A stretch of DNA of 64,000 nucleotides. Source: an uncultured Clostridia bacterium. Lineage in GTDB: Bacteria > Bacillota > Clostridia > TANB77 > CAG-508. Below, piece after piece: positions 50,924-59,914 of the stretch; the stretch's first letter is position 1, and every line of letters starts with the position of its first letter. The notes beneath the pieces were generated by a model. That model was not told the origin of the DNA. It saw nothing but the letters and a program-made list of their open reading frames with translations, and did not search any database. The DNA lies in contig CALXZB010000001.1 in the NCBI GenBank assembly GCA_944393125.1, forward strand, positions 315 to 64,314, given 5' to 3'. The translations under genes and the position numbers were made by a program.

Positions 50924-51091
50924 ATCTTCCTCCGTCCACAAATATTATTTCATAAATTATATATAAAATAACAAAAATAACAGTTAAATATTTCTTAATT
51001 TTTTATTCTTATCAATAAATTACTATTTTATTATAATATCATAAAAAGAAAAATTACTCTATACTTTCGTATAAAGTAATTTATATATTAT

Positions 51092-51880
51092 TTAATCTAC
51101 ATTTACACCTTTATTTAATAATTTATTTCCTATAAAATAAATTATTAAATTATATATAGCATATACTAATATGCCAACTAGCATCATACCTTTAAGTGCA
51201 CTAGAACTTACCGTAATATTATTAAATAATGACATTATATCAGAATTTATCAAGCCTGCAATAAATAATGCCCCTACTGACATAGATGATAATGTAATAT
51301 ATATTGCAAAACCTATTAATATTGATTTGATTATTTTTAAATTGTTTGAACTATATCCTATTATAATTCCTAACATTCCACTCATCATCATAAATAAAAA
51401 TTCAAAAAATACTGTAATAATCATTACAAATATTAAACTAAATACTGAACTATCAAAATATATTGCTGATTGTTCTAAAGAAGCTTTCAATATAAACCAG
51501 CTTTCTTTGTCTAGAGAACTAATTGCAAAACAAAGAATTATTACACAAAAAGAAGCTAATAATGTTATAATAGCAGTTAAGATTTTTGATAGGTAAATTT
51601 TATTTTTACTTACAGGAAGTGTGTGTGTTAAATATGATTCATCTTTATAGATGTTTCTTACAAATCTTGCCCAATTCCTCATAAAACAATTTATTAGTAT
51701 ACTTATCATTACTGCAATAAGAGCACCACAGCATATTTTATCAATTATTAATACTATCAAGCTTTGTTCAAAACTTTCAACAATTCTTACTATTATTGAA
51801 AGGAATATTGCTAATATATAAAAAACAATTAAAGGTCTATAACACCATTCTAAATCATATTTTAATAGCTTTCTTAGCAT
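51092..51880 (-). CDS. ABC transporter permease (ABC-2-like, 6 TM)
   Basis: A polytopic membrane protein whose start overlaps the ATPase gene by 7 nt. Confidence 0.65.
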   Translation of the reverse strand: MLRKLLKYDLEWCYRPLIVFYILAIFLSIIVRIVESFEQSLIVLIIDKICCGALIAVMISILINCFMRNWARFVRNIYKDESYLTHTLPVSKNKIYLSKILTAIITLLASFCVIILCFAISSLDKESWFILKASLEQSAIYFDSSVFSLIFVMIITVFFEFLFMMMSGMLGIIIGYSSNNLKIIKSILIGFAIYITLSSMSVGALFIAGLINSDIMSLFNNITVSSSALKGMMLVGILVYAIYNLIIYFIGNKLLNKGVNVD

Positions 51881-52569
51881 TTAAAACACCTCCTAAATAT
51901 TTCATCTATTGAAGCATTTTCTTTTTTTCTCAATTCGTCTGCAGATGATGTTAATACAATTTCTCCTTTATCAATGAAAATAACATCATCCAATATTTTT
52001 TCAATATCACTTATTATATGAGTAGATATAATTACACTTGCCTCTTCACTAAAGTTTGAAAGAATTGTATCCAATATATAGTCTCTAGTTGCAGGATCAA
52101 CTCCACCTAATGGTTCATCTAAGATATATAATTTAGCTTCTCGGCTCATAACTAGTATTAACTGTAATTTTTCTTGCATACCTTTGGACATTTTACTAAC
52201 TTTTGAATTTATATCTAAATCCAAATCTTTCAATAATTTAATTGCTTTTTCCTTATTAAAATTATCATAAAATTCGTCAAAAAAAGTTATTATTTGTGAA
52301 ACTTTCATACTCTTATCTAGATATGTTCTCTCTGGTAAATATGATATAATTTTTTTAGAATTTATTCCTGGTTTTTCTCCATTAATTAGTATTTCTCCAC
52401 TTGTAGGAGTTAATAAATCATTAATTAATTTTATTAATGTAGTTTTTCCCATTCCATTTTTTCCAAGTAATCCTACAATTTTTCCTTTTGAAATGCTTAG
52501 ATTTATATTATTTAGAATTTGCTTGTTATCAAATTTTTTGCATAAATTATTGCACTTAACTAATTCCAT
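51874..52569 (-). CDS. ABC transporter ATP-binding protein
   Basis: Walker A (GKNGMGKTT), signature (MSKGMQEKL) and Walker B (LYILDEP) are present. Confidence 0.9.
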   Translation of the reverse strand: MELVKCNNLCKKFDNKQILNNINLSISKGKIVGLLGKNGMGKTTLIKLINDLLTPTSGEILINGEKPGINSKKIISYLPERTYLDKSMKVSQIITFFDEFYDNFNKEKAIKLLKDLDLDINSKVSKMSKGMQEKLQLILVMSREAKLYILDEPLGGVDPATRDYILDTILSNFSEEASVIISTHIISDIEKILDDVIFIDKGEIVLTSSADELRKKENASIDEIFRRCFKC

Positions 52570-52927
52570 CTTTACCTCCTTCTTGCAAGTACTTTACTGC
52601 TGAGTTATAATCTATTCCAATGTTTTTCATACTATTAAGATAATTATCAACTATTTCTTTTGCTAATTCTTTTTTTACTTTTTCAATTAGTTCTTCATCT
52701 TCTGTCACATATTTTCCATTTGTTCTTTCTGTATAAATTAATTGTTCATTTTCAAGTTCTACCAATGCTTTTTGCATTGTATTTGGATTGACCTTCATTA
52801 TAAGTGCTAGCTCTCTTACAGAAGGTATTTTCTGTCCTTTTTTGAATTTACCAGAAACTATTTCAATTCTTATCATTTCAACTAATTGAATATAAATTGG
52901 TCTCTCATTATCAAAAATGTACTCCAT
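52556..52927 (-). CDS. GntR-family (YtrA subfamily) transcriptional regulator
   Basis: 123 aa. PIYIQL...I..I.SG....G.K.PSVRELA....VNPNT..KA...L is the GntR wHTH, and the short C-terminus is typical of YtrA-type regulators upstream of ABC genes. Confidence 0.9.
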   Translation of the reverse strand: MEYIFDNERPIYIQLVEMIRIEIVSGKFKKGQKIPSVRELALIMKVNPNTMQKALVELENEQLIYTERTNGKYVTEDEELIEKVKKELAKEIVDNYLNSMKNIGIDYNSAVKYLQEGGKDGIS

Positions 52928-53068
52928 AATTATCTCCTTTCTTTATTGTATTACTTGCATAATACAATGATACTATTTTAAACTTAACTTGTCAAGAAAA
53001 AAGAGCAAGTTTTTAAAATTTGCTCGTCAATTTATTATTTTTCCAACAATGTTATATTAACCTTTCTA

Positions 53069-53983
53069 CTATTTATCCAATTTTCTTAAATGTCTTAGTT
53101 GGTATCTTATAAAAAAATATAAAGAAATTAATAGAAATATAATAGATATGCCTAAAAAACTATATCCTATATGTTGTTTATAATTATTACTTGACTGTTC
53201 TTTATGAATTGTATTTTCTTGAACATCAGTATTAGTATCTTGTGTTATGTTTGTATTTGTATTGCCTGTATTTATATCCTGTTTGGTACTTTCTTCTTGT
53301 GTATTTTCACTTTTATCACTTTCCGATTTATCCTGAGAAATATTTTCATCTGATATAGTAGAATTCGTTGTGTCTTCTTGTTGAGTAATATCTTCACTTT
53401 TCTTTTTTGACAATAATGTTTTTATTCCTATTGCAAATGAAACAACAAACATTGCTAAGTTTCCTAAAATTGCTCTTAAAGAGCATATGCTTTTATAGTA
53501 TCTCCATTTTACTGTTCCAGTGGGCTCATTTAATAATTTTCCTATTTCTTCAAATGAAAAATCTGATAATATTTTTAATGATATAATTTCTTTTTCTTTA
53601 TCATTTAATTTACTTATTAATCTATTAAATTCTATATTATCAAATACTTTATTTAGTTCATTATTATCATCTGAAATCTCATATATTTTGTCTAATGAGA
53701 TATCGTTTTTCTTCTTTTTCATGAAATTAATTGTTTCATTTTTGGTTGTTGAATAAAGCCATGAAGCATAATTGTTTGTTGGTAATTTACAATTTTCCAT
53801 TTCATATATTTTAGCAAATATCATTTGCATAATATCTTCGCTATCTTCTTGATTTTTTGATATAGTAAAAGCTATACCATAAACTATTTTTTTATATTTG
53901 TTATATAATTCTTCAATTCCTTGTATTTTGTTTTGCTTTATATCGCAAAAAATTTTTTCTAATTCTTTATCATTTATTTTCAA
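53069..53983 (-). CDS. ECF-type sigma-70 family factor fused to a two-TM membrane tether with low-complexity loop
   Basis: The protein has sigma region 2 (EDSEDIMQMIFAKIY...ASWLYSTTKNETINF) and region 4 (FSFEEIGKLLNEPTGTVKWRYYKS). These are followed by TM1 (LGNLAMFVVSFAIGIKTLL), ~95 aa of S/T/N/Q/D/E-rich sequence and TM2 (FLGISIIFLLISLYFFI). TTG start with an AAAGGA RBS; the first in-frame ATG would delete region 2. Confidence 0.75.
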   Translation of the reverse strand: MKINDKELEKIFCDIKQNKIQGIEELYNKYKKIVYGIAFTISKNQEDSEDIMQMIFAKIYEMENCKLPTNNYASWLYSTTKNETINFMKKKKNDISLDKIYEISDDNNELNKVFDNIEFNRLISKLNDKEKEIISLKILSDFSFEEIGKLLNEPTGTVKWRYYKSICSLRAILGNLAMFVVSFAIGIKTLLSKKKSEDITQQEDTTNSTISDENISQDKSESDKSENTQEESTKQDINTGNTNTNITQDTNTDVQENTIHKEQSSNNYKQHIGYSFLGISIIFLLISLYFFIRYQLRHLRKLDK

Positions 53984-54086
53984 GTTTTTGTTCCTTTACT
54001 TATTTTTTTACCAATAATATACCATATTTCTATTAAAATATAGTATAAAAGCAAATAATTATCAACTAACTACTTGCTTTTTAGTT

Positions 54087-55199
54087 TTATTTGCTTAAAT
54101 CATTTATATTCATTTGGGGAATCCCTATATAAACATCTCTATTTCCATTTAAATTATGATACTTCAATACTGTATAGTCTTCATACCAATAGATCATGCT
54201 TCCTCCATCTTTGTACATATCTCCTGTTATGATTTTTGCATTTAAATCTTTGTTCGCTTTTTGTATTATTCCAGCTAATGTAATTTTACCATCTTTTAAT
54301 GCTTGTTCTAAAGGTAATGTTTTATTATTTACTTTTATATTAACTTCATCTAATCCATAATAATATAAGTTATAATCTTCATCATATTCATTTAAATCTT
54401 TGCTATTCAATATTTTTTTCTTACTAACATTGTCTGATGTCTTAACTATTATTTCAAAATTTGAATATCCATCTGTTGAAATATTATTTGTATCTATTTG
54501 TGCTGGATAAGTTTCCTTTATATAACCTGCATATGAAATTAAAACTTTTCTGCCAACCCCATACAAATAATCTTTATGATCAGTTCCATAATTTATTTTT
54601 ATTTTGTCTGATATCTTTCTTTCATCTTCATCTTGATTTGGCTCTACTATCATATATGTTGTTGTTTCTTCTAATATAGTTCCTATAAAAGTATTTAATT
54701 CTTCATTAGATGCTATAATAGTATCTTCTTTAATTCTTTCAAACAATACAAATGCATTATTATAGTATAAAACCATTGTTTTTTCATTTGCTTCTATTAC
54801 TAATGAATTTAGCAATTCTTTTGTATTTGTTTCTCCATTTATTATAGGAACATATTGGCTGTCTATTATTTTATCAATTATTCCTATTGCAGAATTTATA
54901 CTACCAGCATAATCTATCATTCCATATGATTTACCATAGAGCATATCATTATATCTTACCAAAATATCAGTTGATACTTCTCCTACTTTAAAATTAGCCT
55001 CTTCTATTTTCGTATAGTTTTTTGAATTTATATTATTTTGTTCTGTTATCTGAAGAGGTGGAGAATATTTATACCACCATGTACTAAATACTACTGGTTT
55101 ATTATTTTTCATCCTATCTCTATCAATCACATACAAAATTCCAAGTCCAATAGTTAAAGCTATTAAAATGCAGATTACTATTTTTAATATTTTTTTCAT
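54087..55199 (-). CDS. Hypothetical membrane-anchored extracytoplasmic protein (370 aa)
   Basis: N-terminal TM followed by a ~330-aa soluble domain. AAAGGTG RBS. No family recognised. Confidence 0.55.
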   Translation of the reverse strand: MKKILKIVICILIALTIGLGILYVIDRDRMKNNKPVVFSTWWYKYSPPLQITEQNNINSKNYTKIEEANFKVGEVSTDILVRYNDMLYGKSYGMIDYAGSINSAIGIIDKIIDSQYVPIINGETNTKELLNSLVIEANEKTMVLYYNNAFVLFERIKEDTIIASNEELNTFIGTILEETTTYMIVEPNQDEDERKISDKIKINYGTDHKDYLYGVGRKVLISYAGYIKETYPAQIDTNNISTDGYSNFEIIVKTSDNVSKKKILNSKDLNEYDEDYNLYYYGLDEVNIKVNNKTLPLEQALKDGKITLAGIIQKANKDLNAKIITGDMYKDGGSMIYWYEDYTVLKYHNLNGNRDVYIGIPQMNINDLSK

Positions 55200-55294
55200 A
55201 AAATCACCTTTTTAGCCTTTCTACTATTTAGACAATTTTTTTCTTACTTTTAGTTGGTATTTTATAAAAATAATTTTAAAAATTATACAAGCTA

Positions 55295-55690
55295 CTATAT
55301 TTTTATTTCTTTGTCTATAATAAAATAAACAAAAATCATAATTAAAGATACTACTAATCCTATGTAAAATTCAGGAAAAGCAAAATTAATACTATTTTGT
55401 ATGTTTAGCTCTCCTGTAATAGTTTGTATATGCCATGTTAAAAACTGATAAATTTCTGAAATAACAATACCAATTAGCCCTAAAATACTTAATACTTTAT
55501 TTAATATAACATTTCTGAATGGTATCCAAACTCCTATAATAAACAATATGACAGCTATAATGCCAATTGGGTTAAATAAATTAATTAAACTAGATATTTC
55601 TTGAATTCCTTTTGCACCTCCATATTGATTTAATGACATTGGTAATAAACTACAAATAAATATAATTGATAATATAATTTTCTTTTTCAT
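55295..55690 (-). CDS. Hypothetical 4-TM membrane protein (131 aa)
   Basis: GGAGGG RBS and four hydrophobic helices. No family recognised. Confidence 0.55.
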   Translation of the reverse strand: MKKKIILSIIFICSLLPMSLNQYGGAKGIQEISSLINLFNPIGIIAVILFIIGVWIPFRNVILNKVLSILGLIGIVISEIYQFLTWHIQTITGELNIQNSINFAFPEFYIGLVVSLIMIFVYFIIDKEIKI

Positions 55691-55728
55691 ATAACATATC
55701 CCTCCACATTAAAATATTTTTCTACTGC

Positions 55729-56769
55729 TTATTTCTCTTTTTGCAAGAATAAACTTCTAATAGTTAATAATATTCCCACAACAATGAACATAACAGGAAT
55801 TAATATCCAAAATTTCATAATTTTTACTGTTTCCATAAATGAAGACGTCATTCCATTTTGCAATAAAATCATTCCAATTCCGATAATAGTAAATATTATT
55901 CCGATGTAAGTTCCAATTACATCAATTTTTATTTTATCAAATATACCTTTTGCTTGTAAAAAAATTAATACAAATACCATTCCACCTAAAGTAAAAAAAG
56001 CACCAAAATAAATTAAACCATTATTTCTATTCATACCAACTAAAACAGACTCACTAGGATTATCAGGATTATATTTTATTTCTCTAGTACTATTTATATC
56101 AGGAATATATCCATTTCCATAATCTGTTTTAATACTATACTCTTTATTGTCTACTTTATAAGTATAAGTTAGTCTATATGTTGTATGTGTTTGAGTTCTA
56201 TTATTTTCCCATTCTTCATATGAATCAAATATTTCATAATCTTTAAAATAAGCTATTGTAGTAAGATAATTCTTAGTAATTTTATTCATGTAGTAAGTAT
56301 CTTTAATTCCAATAAATAAGCAAAATATTCCTATTGTCAAAACAGTTATCACTAAAAAGTAAGGTATGATTATCATAATGTTAAATTTTAACTTTGTTTT
56401 ATTAGGTAAAGTCTTTTCACTTTTTCCGAAAAAATATTTACGAATGAAGTATATTTCTGCAGTCCAAAATGGTATCGTAAATAATAATGTTGCATAATTA
56501 TTGTTTTTAATAACTAAATAACTCCAAAATATCAAGAAACCAAAAACAAAAAGTAAAAATACAAATGCATAAAGTCTATTAAAAATATTAGCATATCTAT
56601 CTTTGTCTATTAATAAACAAATATTCTTTATAGTAGAAAGTATTAAGCAAATAATAAATGGAATTATCATATATTTCATCAATCCACTATTATTAAGAAA
56701 TACCCAAAACAGAAAGGTAATAATCATTAAATTCCTTATAATTTGACTTATGTAAATACTTTTTTTCAT
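55729..56769 (-). CDS. Polytopic membrane protein with central DUF3592-like domain
   Basis: About 5 N-terminal TM helices, then a beta-rich domain (YRLTYTYKVDNKEYSIKTDYG.....D..STREIKYNPDNPSESVL) fitting the DUF3592 pattern, then ~3 C-terminal TM helices. Confidence 0.6.
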   Translation of the reverse strand: MKKSIYISQIIRNLMIITFLFWVFLNNSGLMKYMIIPFIICLILSTIKNICLLIDKDRYANIFNRLYAFVFLLFVFGFLIFWSYLVIKNNNYATLLFTIPFWTAEIYFIRKYFFGKSEKTLPNKTKLKFNIMIIIPYFLVITVLTIGIFCLFIGIKDTYYMNKITKNYLTTIAYFKDYEIFDSYEEWENNRTQTHTTYRLTYTYKVDNKEYSIKTDYGNGYIPDINSTREIKYNPDNPSESVLVGMNRNNGLIYFGAFFTLGGMVFVLIFLQAKGIFDKIKIDVIGTYIGIIFTIIGIGMILLQNGMTSSFMETVKIMKFWILIPVMFIVVGILLTIRSLFLQKEK

Positions 56770-56894
56770 ATATTATAAACTCCTATGTCATTAGTATATA
56801 TTCTTCGTTCTGGTTTGTCAATTAAATAAAAAAGATAGCAATTAAATTGCCATCTTCTTCCCTATTTAATGTTTATTTTTTCTCATTTAAGTCT

Positions 56895-58349
56895 CTATCT
56901 TAAATCATCAAAATCTTGTGTTGTCCTTTTATCTTCTTCTTTTGCTTCTATCATTTCTGTTTTTCTATCTTCCAAACAATATAGTGCCAATTTGTGATTA
57001 CTTCCACAACCAGCATCTATACAAATAAATCCATTGTTTGCATCTTCAACAATTTCTCCTGCTTTTGGTTCATGTCCACAAACTGTAATGAATCCAAACT
57101 TTTTCCAATCTTTAAATTTATTTTTTGCTGTTCCTTTTCGATCTTCTAAAAATCTTCTTGTTTGTTCAAATCCATATTTTTTCCTCATTTGCTCAAATGT
57201 AACATTAATCATTAAATCTTCTTCATTTCCACAATCTAAAATATTAGGTGGAGCTGCATGAGTAAATAAGAATTTTTGTCCTTTTACTCTTTCAGTTGAA
57301 ACAACTAATGAATTTATAAGAAAATTATATAGCTCCTTTTGCTTGCCTTCATCTAATTGTAAAAATCCATTTGCAGTATTGAATCCTTTATTGTTTACCA
57401 GCCATATTCCTAAATTTTCTATTTCTTTTTCTGAAATCCCCTTTTTATCTTGCATATCTTTTAATTTTCTTGTTATATCTTCTTGTTCAATCTGATATTT
57501 ACTTCTTCTTGCTAATAAATTAGATGGAACTTTTTCATTTCGTCCCTCATACATTTTTATATCTATTCCTATACTACCTAAGGCAATCTTTAAATCTCTA
57601 GCTTCAACAATATAATTTAATTCATCTATTGTTAAATTACACCTTTTCATCACTTCTATAAATTCTATAAATGCAAAATCATGATTTCCTAACATATATG
57701 TTACTTGTGGTTTTTTTCCATGTTCCCCTTGTCTTTGCATTATATCTTGTAGAATATCAATACCATATTTTCCTCTATCTATTGCATCACCTAGAATAAT
57801 TAATTTATCTTTATCATTTAATTTTCTTATAGCCTCCATATAAGAACCTAACATTCCATGCACATCGCTTATTGCATAATGTTTTCCTACTGTCGCATTA
57901 TTAGCCTGACTATTTTGTACTTGTTGTTGATTGTTCGATGAACTTCTTTCCTGTTCTAATACTTGTTTCAATGCTGGATAAGCTTTTTCATCAAAGTATC
58001 GTTGTGCCGATACTTGTGTATTTGGCATTATATATTCTCTATCAAACGCAAATCTCCCATCATCATCAATCATTACTCTTCCAAGAAAAATATAATCATT
58101 TCTTCCTTGTTCTTCTTTTAATCTTTTTACTCTTCCACCAAAGAATTCATTTTTTAGTCTTATATCTGCTTCATTTAAATCTTCTATTGTATCATGTTCG
58201 CAGAATACCTTTGTAACTTCTTTTTCTCCTGTATTATATTCTAATTCTATTTCGTACATGTCATATATAGGTTGCTTATATAAGTTCTCTATGATTCGAG
58301 GTTTTTGATTTGGATTTACAATTTTCCATCTTATTACTTTTTTCTTCAT
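56895..58349 (-). CDS. PPP-family metallophosphoesterase (PrpE/ApaH/lambda-phosphatase-like) with unknown ~150-aa N-terminal domain
   Basis: ATG 58349 follows AGGAGATGGG; the upstream MWYNGSV is the tgtggTATAAT promoter read as protein. The motifs are DVHG, GDAIDRG, GNHD, (F)THAAPP and CGHEP. A Q/N/S-rich linker (SSSNNQQQVQNSQANN) joins the N-domain to the catalytic domain. Confidence 0.8.
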   Translation of the reverse strand: MKKKVIRWKIVNPNQKPRIIENLYKQPIYDMYEIELEYNTGEKEVTKVFCEHDTIEDLNEADIRLKNEFFGGRVKRLKEEQGRNDYIFLGRVMIDDDGRFAFDREYIMPNTQVSAQRYFDEKAYPALKQVLEQERSSSNNQQQVQNSQANNATVGKHYAISDVHGMLGSYMEAIRKLNDKDKLIILGDAIDRGKYGIDILQDIMQRQGEHGKKPQVTYMLGNHDFAFIEFIEVMKRCNLTIDELNYIVEARDLKIALGSIGIDIKMYEGRNEKVPSNLLARRSKYQIEQEDITRKLKDMQDKKGISEKEIENLGIWLVNNKGFNTANGFLQLDEGKQKELYNFLINSLVVSTERVKGQKFLFTHAAPPNILDCGNEEDLMINVTFEQMRKKYGFEQTRRFLEDRKGTAKNKFKDWKKFGFITVCGHEPKAGEIVEDANNGFICIDAGCGSNHKLALYCLEDRKTEMIEAKEEDKRTTQDFDDLR

Positions 58350-58474
58350 ATTCCCATCTCCTATCGCTACACTTCCATTATACCACAAATTCGCCTCTTT
58401 GTAAAATTTATTGATTTTACGAACTTTATATACCTATTCATAGACTAGAAAAAATTATATTTATATATAAAGTA

Positions 58475-58499
58475 AAGCTCTCACCAAAGGCGAGAGCTT
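58475..58499 (-). terminator. Stem-loop terminator after the 73-aa gene
   Basis: An 11-bp stem aagctctcacc/ggcgagagctt (one G-U pair) with loop aaa. Confidence 0.5.
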
Positions 58500-58504
58500 A
58501 GGTA

Positions 58505-58726
58505 TTACATTACCTTCAAATAGTAGCTTTCCTTAAGACCACCGTCATTGGTGCGATTGAAAGAGCTACCATCCCACTTGAATCCACTGGGATGATTGAA
58601 AGTAACATTATCACCTTTGTGAGCTCCGATGATGGTGAAAGTGTTGGAGTACTGCTCGACAACTGCGAACTTAACCTTACCACCATTCATCCGATTCAGC
58701 TCGGAAACAAACTTGTGAATACCCAT
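58505..58726 (-). CDS. Hypothetical protein (73 aa), GC-rich cargo
   Basis: A CAGGAGG RBS and a consensus promoter lie upstream. No family recognised. Confidence 0.6.
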   Translation of the reverse strand: MGIHKFVSELNRMNGGKVKFAVVEQYSNTFTIIGAHKGDNVTFNHPSGFKWDGSSFNRTNDGGLKESYYLKVM

Positions 58727-58815
58727 AATTTTTTACCTCCTGAACAATCGTCCTTCAAAATGTTGATAAGCGCAGATGTAACAAGGTATTTGCTAAATGT
58801 GTTACATTACTTATC

Positions 58816-58844
58816 ATTATACCAAATTTTCATCGAAAAGTCAA
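58816..58844 (-). promoter_or_regulatory. Near-consensus sigma-A promoter of the 73-aa gene, followed by an 8-bp inverted repeat
   Basis: On the minus strand: TTGACT (58844-58839), a 17-nt spacer, then TGgTATAAT (-10 at 58821-58816). The IR atgtaaca (58776-58783) / tgttacat (58800-58807) lies in the 5' UTR/operator position. Confidence 0.6.
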
Positions 58845-58877
58845 TTTATGTAAATTTCAGATAGTATAAAAATATTT

Positions 58878-58906
58878 TTGCTCTTTAATCAATTTTATGG
58901 TATAAT
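58878..58906 (+). promoter_or_regulatory. Sigma-A promoter of the 83-aa gene
   Basis: TTGCTC (58878-58883), a 17-nt spacer, then TGgTATAAT (-10 at 58901-58906). Confidence 0.55.
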
Positions 58907-58977
58907 AAATGTAGAAAATTGCATAAAGCATTTTCGGTAGAAATATCCAGTATTAATATTTTAATGGAGGAATTAGT

Positions 58978-59229
58978 ATGACAAGCAATAGCATCGTAAT
59001 GGTAGCCTGTGATTTGGCTAGCAAGATTCGGGCATTGAATCCCGGCTCTTGTATCTGTGTTCAGGATATCGGAACCGAATATGTTATCAATACGGGGTAT
59101 TCTTCTATTGGTAAACTGGTGTTGCCTGCAGGGCATACTGTCGACTATATCAATGGCGTATATCCCAGCATTGAACACAACGGTTTCCACATCCCCTGTT
59201 TGGATACTTTTCAGGTCATGGCTCAGTAA
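58978..59229 (+). CDS. Hypothetical protein (83 aa), GC-rich cargo
   Basis: A GGAGGAATTAGT RBS precedes the ATG, and a strong terminator lies downstream. It is preferred over the antisense ORF 58885-59190, which has neither. Confidence 0.6.
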   Translation: MTSNSIVMVACDLASKIRALNPGSCICVQDIGTEYVINTGYSSIGKLVLPAGHTVDYINGVYPSIEHNGFHIPCLDTFQVMAQ

Positions 59230-59243
59230 TCACAAAACTTGTC

Positions 59244-59276
59244 TCCCTCGCTGTCATACGGCGAGGGAATTCTTTT
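59244..59276 (+). terminator. Intrinsic terminator
   Basis: GC-rich stem tccctcgc (59244-59251) pairs with gcgaggga (59261-59268), followed by attctttt. Confidence 0.75.
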
Positions 59277-59504
59277 AACACCAAAACGGCTATTCTAGGG
59301 AAATAGGAAAACTAATTTGTCAGTTCCTTTTTGGTTATACTCTTTAGTATGATAAATTCCAATATAATAACAAAAATAATTACAATTAAATTATTTAATG
59401 TTTCAAACCTGTAGATAAAGCAGTCCTTTCTTTATCAATTGTCCATACAAAAACATGATTAGCTTTATCAAGTTCTTTTTTGCAAGTTGTTCTTTAATAA
59501 ATCT

Positions 59505-59864
59505 TCATATATTTTTGTTTTTAATATATTGACTTTCTATGTATTCTTTTGTTACTGGAAACATATTTTGTATTAAAAATACACTGTAGATATTGGCTAC
59601 ATTACCAAAAACTATAGTATCAATTGAAGGACGTTTTCCTAATTTTATTTGTTTTTGTATTTTATTATTATAAATTTTTTGATATTTTTCTGTTTTTGTG
59701 CTAATAGGAATAAACCAAATAATATTATCATATTTTTTGCTTCTAAAACAGTAATAGCATGGTCTTTTGTTTCCACTTTCCTTATTTTGCATTAATTCAG
59801 GGTCATCTATAATTTCAAAAAACGAATCCTTTATAAAATAAAAACATCCTATATTTATTTGCAT
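59505..59864 (-). CDS. Hypothetical protein, possible ToxN/AbiQ-like (type III toxin-like) endoribonuclease, short form
   Basis: An AAAGGAG RBS precedes the ATG. The N-terminal pattern FYFIKDSFFEIIDDPELMQNK.....RPCYY.........IIWFIPIST resembles the ToxN/AbiQ N-terminus (FY.I...Y..YL...D..V..NK...RPY.G.V......YFAPLSS). At 119 aa it is shorter than the ~170 aa I recall for that family. The family call is tentative. Confidence 0.35.
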   Translation of the reverse strand: MQINIGCFYFIKDSFFEIIDDPELMQNKESGNKRPCYYCFRSKKYDNIIWFIPISTKTEKYQKIYNNKIQKQIKLGKRPSIDTIVFGNVANIYSVFLIQNMFPVTKEYIESQYIKNKNI

Positions 59865-59892
59865 ATATATCTTTCTCCTTTATAATAATTAG

Positions 59893-59914
59893 GGCTTATC
59901 AAAAATGATAAGCC
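59893..59914 (-). promoter_or_regulatory. Stem-loop immediately 5' of the ToxN-like gene RBS
   Basis: A perfect 9-bp stem ggcttatca/tgataagcc with loop aaaa, ~20 nt upstream of the RBS on the minus strand. There is no clear U-tract. Confidence 0.45.

Noticed and set aside
58885-59190. A 101-aa minus-strand ORF and a 73-aa + strand ORF (59057-59278) overlapping the 83-aa + strand gene.
   Set aside because: Only 58978-59229 (+) has an RBS, an upstream promoter and a downstream terminator. The alternatives have none of these.
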